A DNA stretch of 64,000 bases from Tilletiaria anomala UBC 951 (taxonomy: Eukaryota). This document shows positions 62,167 through 64,000 of the stretch, in pieces. How positions within the stretch are numbered: position 1 is the stretch's first letter; every line of letters starts with the position of its first letter. The DNA lies in the NCBI RefSeq assembly GCF_000711695.1, contig NW_013547020.1, positions 62,001 through 126,000 on the forward strand. The letters are read 5' to 3'. The translations under genes and the position numbers were made by a program. Below the pieces are notes generated by a model. That model was not told the origin of the DNA. It searched no databases and was given only the letters and a program-made list of their open reading frames with translations.

Positions 62167-64000
62167 TTACAAGCCCGCAAAGCCCACAGGAGCCTTTGCA
62201 CCCTTTCTGCGAATCACGAGCAACTTTTTCGCCTGCAAGCCATAGATTGCACGCGCAGCCAGCGTCTCTCCTCCACTCATCAACTCGCTCTCGGGCGCCT
62301 GTGCCCTGCCCTCGAGCATCATGGCCCTGCACTTCTCCCTGCCGCCGTCGTTGTGGCCATCGCCGTCGACGGCGTCCCACCAGCTGCTGGTGAGGATCCT
62401 GAGGTCCTCGAATTCGAGCTGGTGCGGCTCGGGCGTGCGCAGCAGCGAGACGAGCACGTGCGCTGCGGCCATGTTCGTCGGCGTCGGCGGTCCGGCATTC
62501 GGCAGGCTTCCCGCTGCACCGCTCGCTGCTGAGGAATTGGTCGCGCCAGATGTGCCTGTATGGGCGCTGCTCGCGACGCTCGTGTCACCTCCAGATCCTG
62601 CGACGGTTGTAAGCACTGCCGTTGCGCCCCCACCCGCGGCTGCACTGCTCAAGCTAGCAGGTGAGCGAGCACCGATAAGCACCTCGAGCATCTTGAGCGT
62701 CTCGGAAAAGTCGGCGCCCTCGCGCTCCGGCGCGACAAAGCGCACGACATCGCCAAAGACGCTCCAGATCTTCTCCGTCACACGCTCCAGCTCGTCCGTC
62801 GCTTCCGGAATGTTGTCTTCATCCTCGTCAGAGTCGAGGTCTCCCAGCATGTCGTTGTCTACCCCCTTTGCCTTGTCCTCTGAAGCGTGTGGCTCGAGCT
62901 CGGACCCCACGTCATTGCTCGTTGTGGGCGCCTCATGACGGATTGTGACGTCGTCATCTTTCTCTTCTGGCGCGCTATCTCCCGCAGGTCCAGCATCCGT
63001 GGCGGCAGCAGCAGCAGCCGCGTCAGACTTTCGACCACCAGCCTTGCCTTTGGCGCTAGCAGCACGTGTCGAACGAGCGAACGGTACGCTGGTGTCGCCG
63101 ATGAATTCTTGCGAACCATCACCGGCGATACTGGCGGCCAAATCGTCAGCTGACTCGCCAAAGCTCATCATTGTAGTGTCCTCCTGCTCTTGCGCGGCGC
63201 TCTTGACCTTTGACTTGGTCATCAGTCGCTTCTGCTGCGATTTCAAATACCGAGTTGGACAAAATATCAATGAGAGGAGTAAATATGTAGTGGATGCAAG
63301 ACGATACTCACCTTTTCGAGAAGCTCGCTTTTCATCTCCTCGAGTGCAAAGACCTCCATCTCCTCCTGCTGCAACTCGGCCTTCATCGCCTTGACTTTGG
63401 CCAGAAGTGCATGTGTCGGCAAATTCCTGTTCTGCATCTCCTTTTCTTTCTGATTTCGTGCCTCCTCGACCCTCTTCGCGTGCACCTCGGGTCCGAGGCG
63501 AATGGCTTCTTCCATCGCGGCGCTGCGGTCCTCAAAGCGCTTGCGCGCCTTCTCCACGTCCCCTGCTTTGCGCAAGAGCTCCTTGATGTGCTTTCGCGTG
63601 CGCGTGAACTTGTCGCCGCCTGAGCCGGATGCGAGGCGCTGCGCGGTGAGGAGTAAGGTGTGTGCGTCCCAGACGAGCAGGCCGGCCGACTCGAGATCCT
63701 TGGATGACGGCTTTAGTGGCGTCGGCGGGACAGCTTGGCGCAGCGCTGGAGCGCGCATGACGGAGAGCTGTCCGTCAAGCGTTCCCGCAGCGCCTGCAAC
63801 GTTGGAGGATGTTCCTGTGCCGTGTGCATCGCTGACGGTGCGTCTGCCGCCCGTGCTCCTCCCGCCAGCTCCGCCATCGTCCGCTGAGGTCGCTTCGGAC
63901 GATGATGCTGCTGGCGGGTACCAGAAGAGGCTTGCTTCGAGATGGTTGGCATCGCGTATGAAGTCGAGGATGTCGTTGTTGCCCGGATTCAGCACGGCCT
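62167..64000 (-). CDS. Possible DASH/Dam1 complex subunit Spc34-like protein with C-terminal extension; 5' end outside window
   Basis: AVLNPGNNDILDFIRDANHLEASLF resembles the Spc34 N-terminal 'LIRD...E..LF' motif, followed by PPTPLK and a coiled coil. An intron at about 63235-63311 joins it to a 3' exon ending ARAIYGLQAKKLLVIRRKG...FAGL*. Confidence 0.5.

Noticed and set aside
1..64000. tRNA, rRNA, snRNA, CRISPR arrays, intact transposons
   Set aside because: None recognised by eye. Intron-containing tRNAs or snoRNAs could be missed without tRNAscan-SE/Infernal.

Overview
Gene-dense, intron-containing fungal DNA. Short GT-AG introns with CTRAC-type branch sites and the protein styles suggest a basidiomycete, probably smut-related Ustilaginomycotina (inference). 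About 21 protein-coding loci, in order: 3' end of a CLPTM1-family gene, TEL2, an ISWI remodeller, TEL1/ATM, a mitochondrial TPR protein, an RTC4-like domain protein, RPC4/RPC53, PGK1, an uncharacterised PB1-like plus retropepsin-like protein, HAT1, an ABHD11-like esterase, an arrestin-like adaptor, VPS1, a Crh/Utr2-type GH16, a frameshifted phosphoesterase pseudogene, a Zn2Cys6 transcription factor, ZDS1, a DNAJB6-like J-protein, TIM23, NUP85 and a 5'-truncated possible SPC34. I recognised no tRNA, rRNA, CRISPR array or intact mobile element. Most notable: (1) telomere, DNA-damage and chromatin genes (TEL2, ISWI, TEL1, RTC4-like, HAT1, ZDS1) are concentrated here, and three divergent promoters among them each carry the same double-MCB motif ACGCGWCGCG, two of them near TTAGGGTT; (2) a DDI1-like-architecture protein whose aspartic-protease D-[ST]-G motif appears replaced by K-E-G; (3) a GC-AG intron needed to build the RTC4-like gene; (4) a decaying secreted phosphatase gene. 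All family calls come from motif recognition by eye, not database searches, and exon boundaries are predictions.
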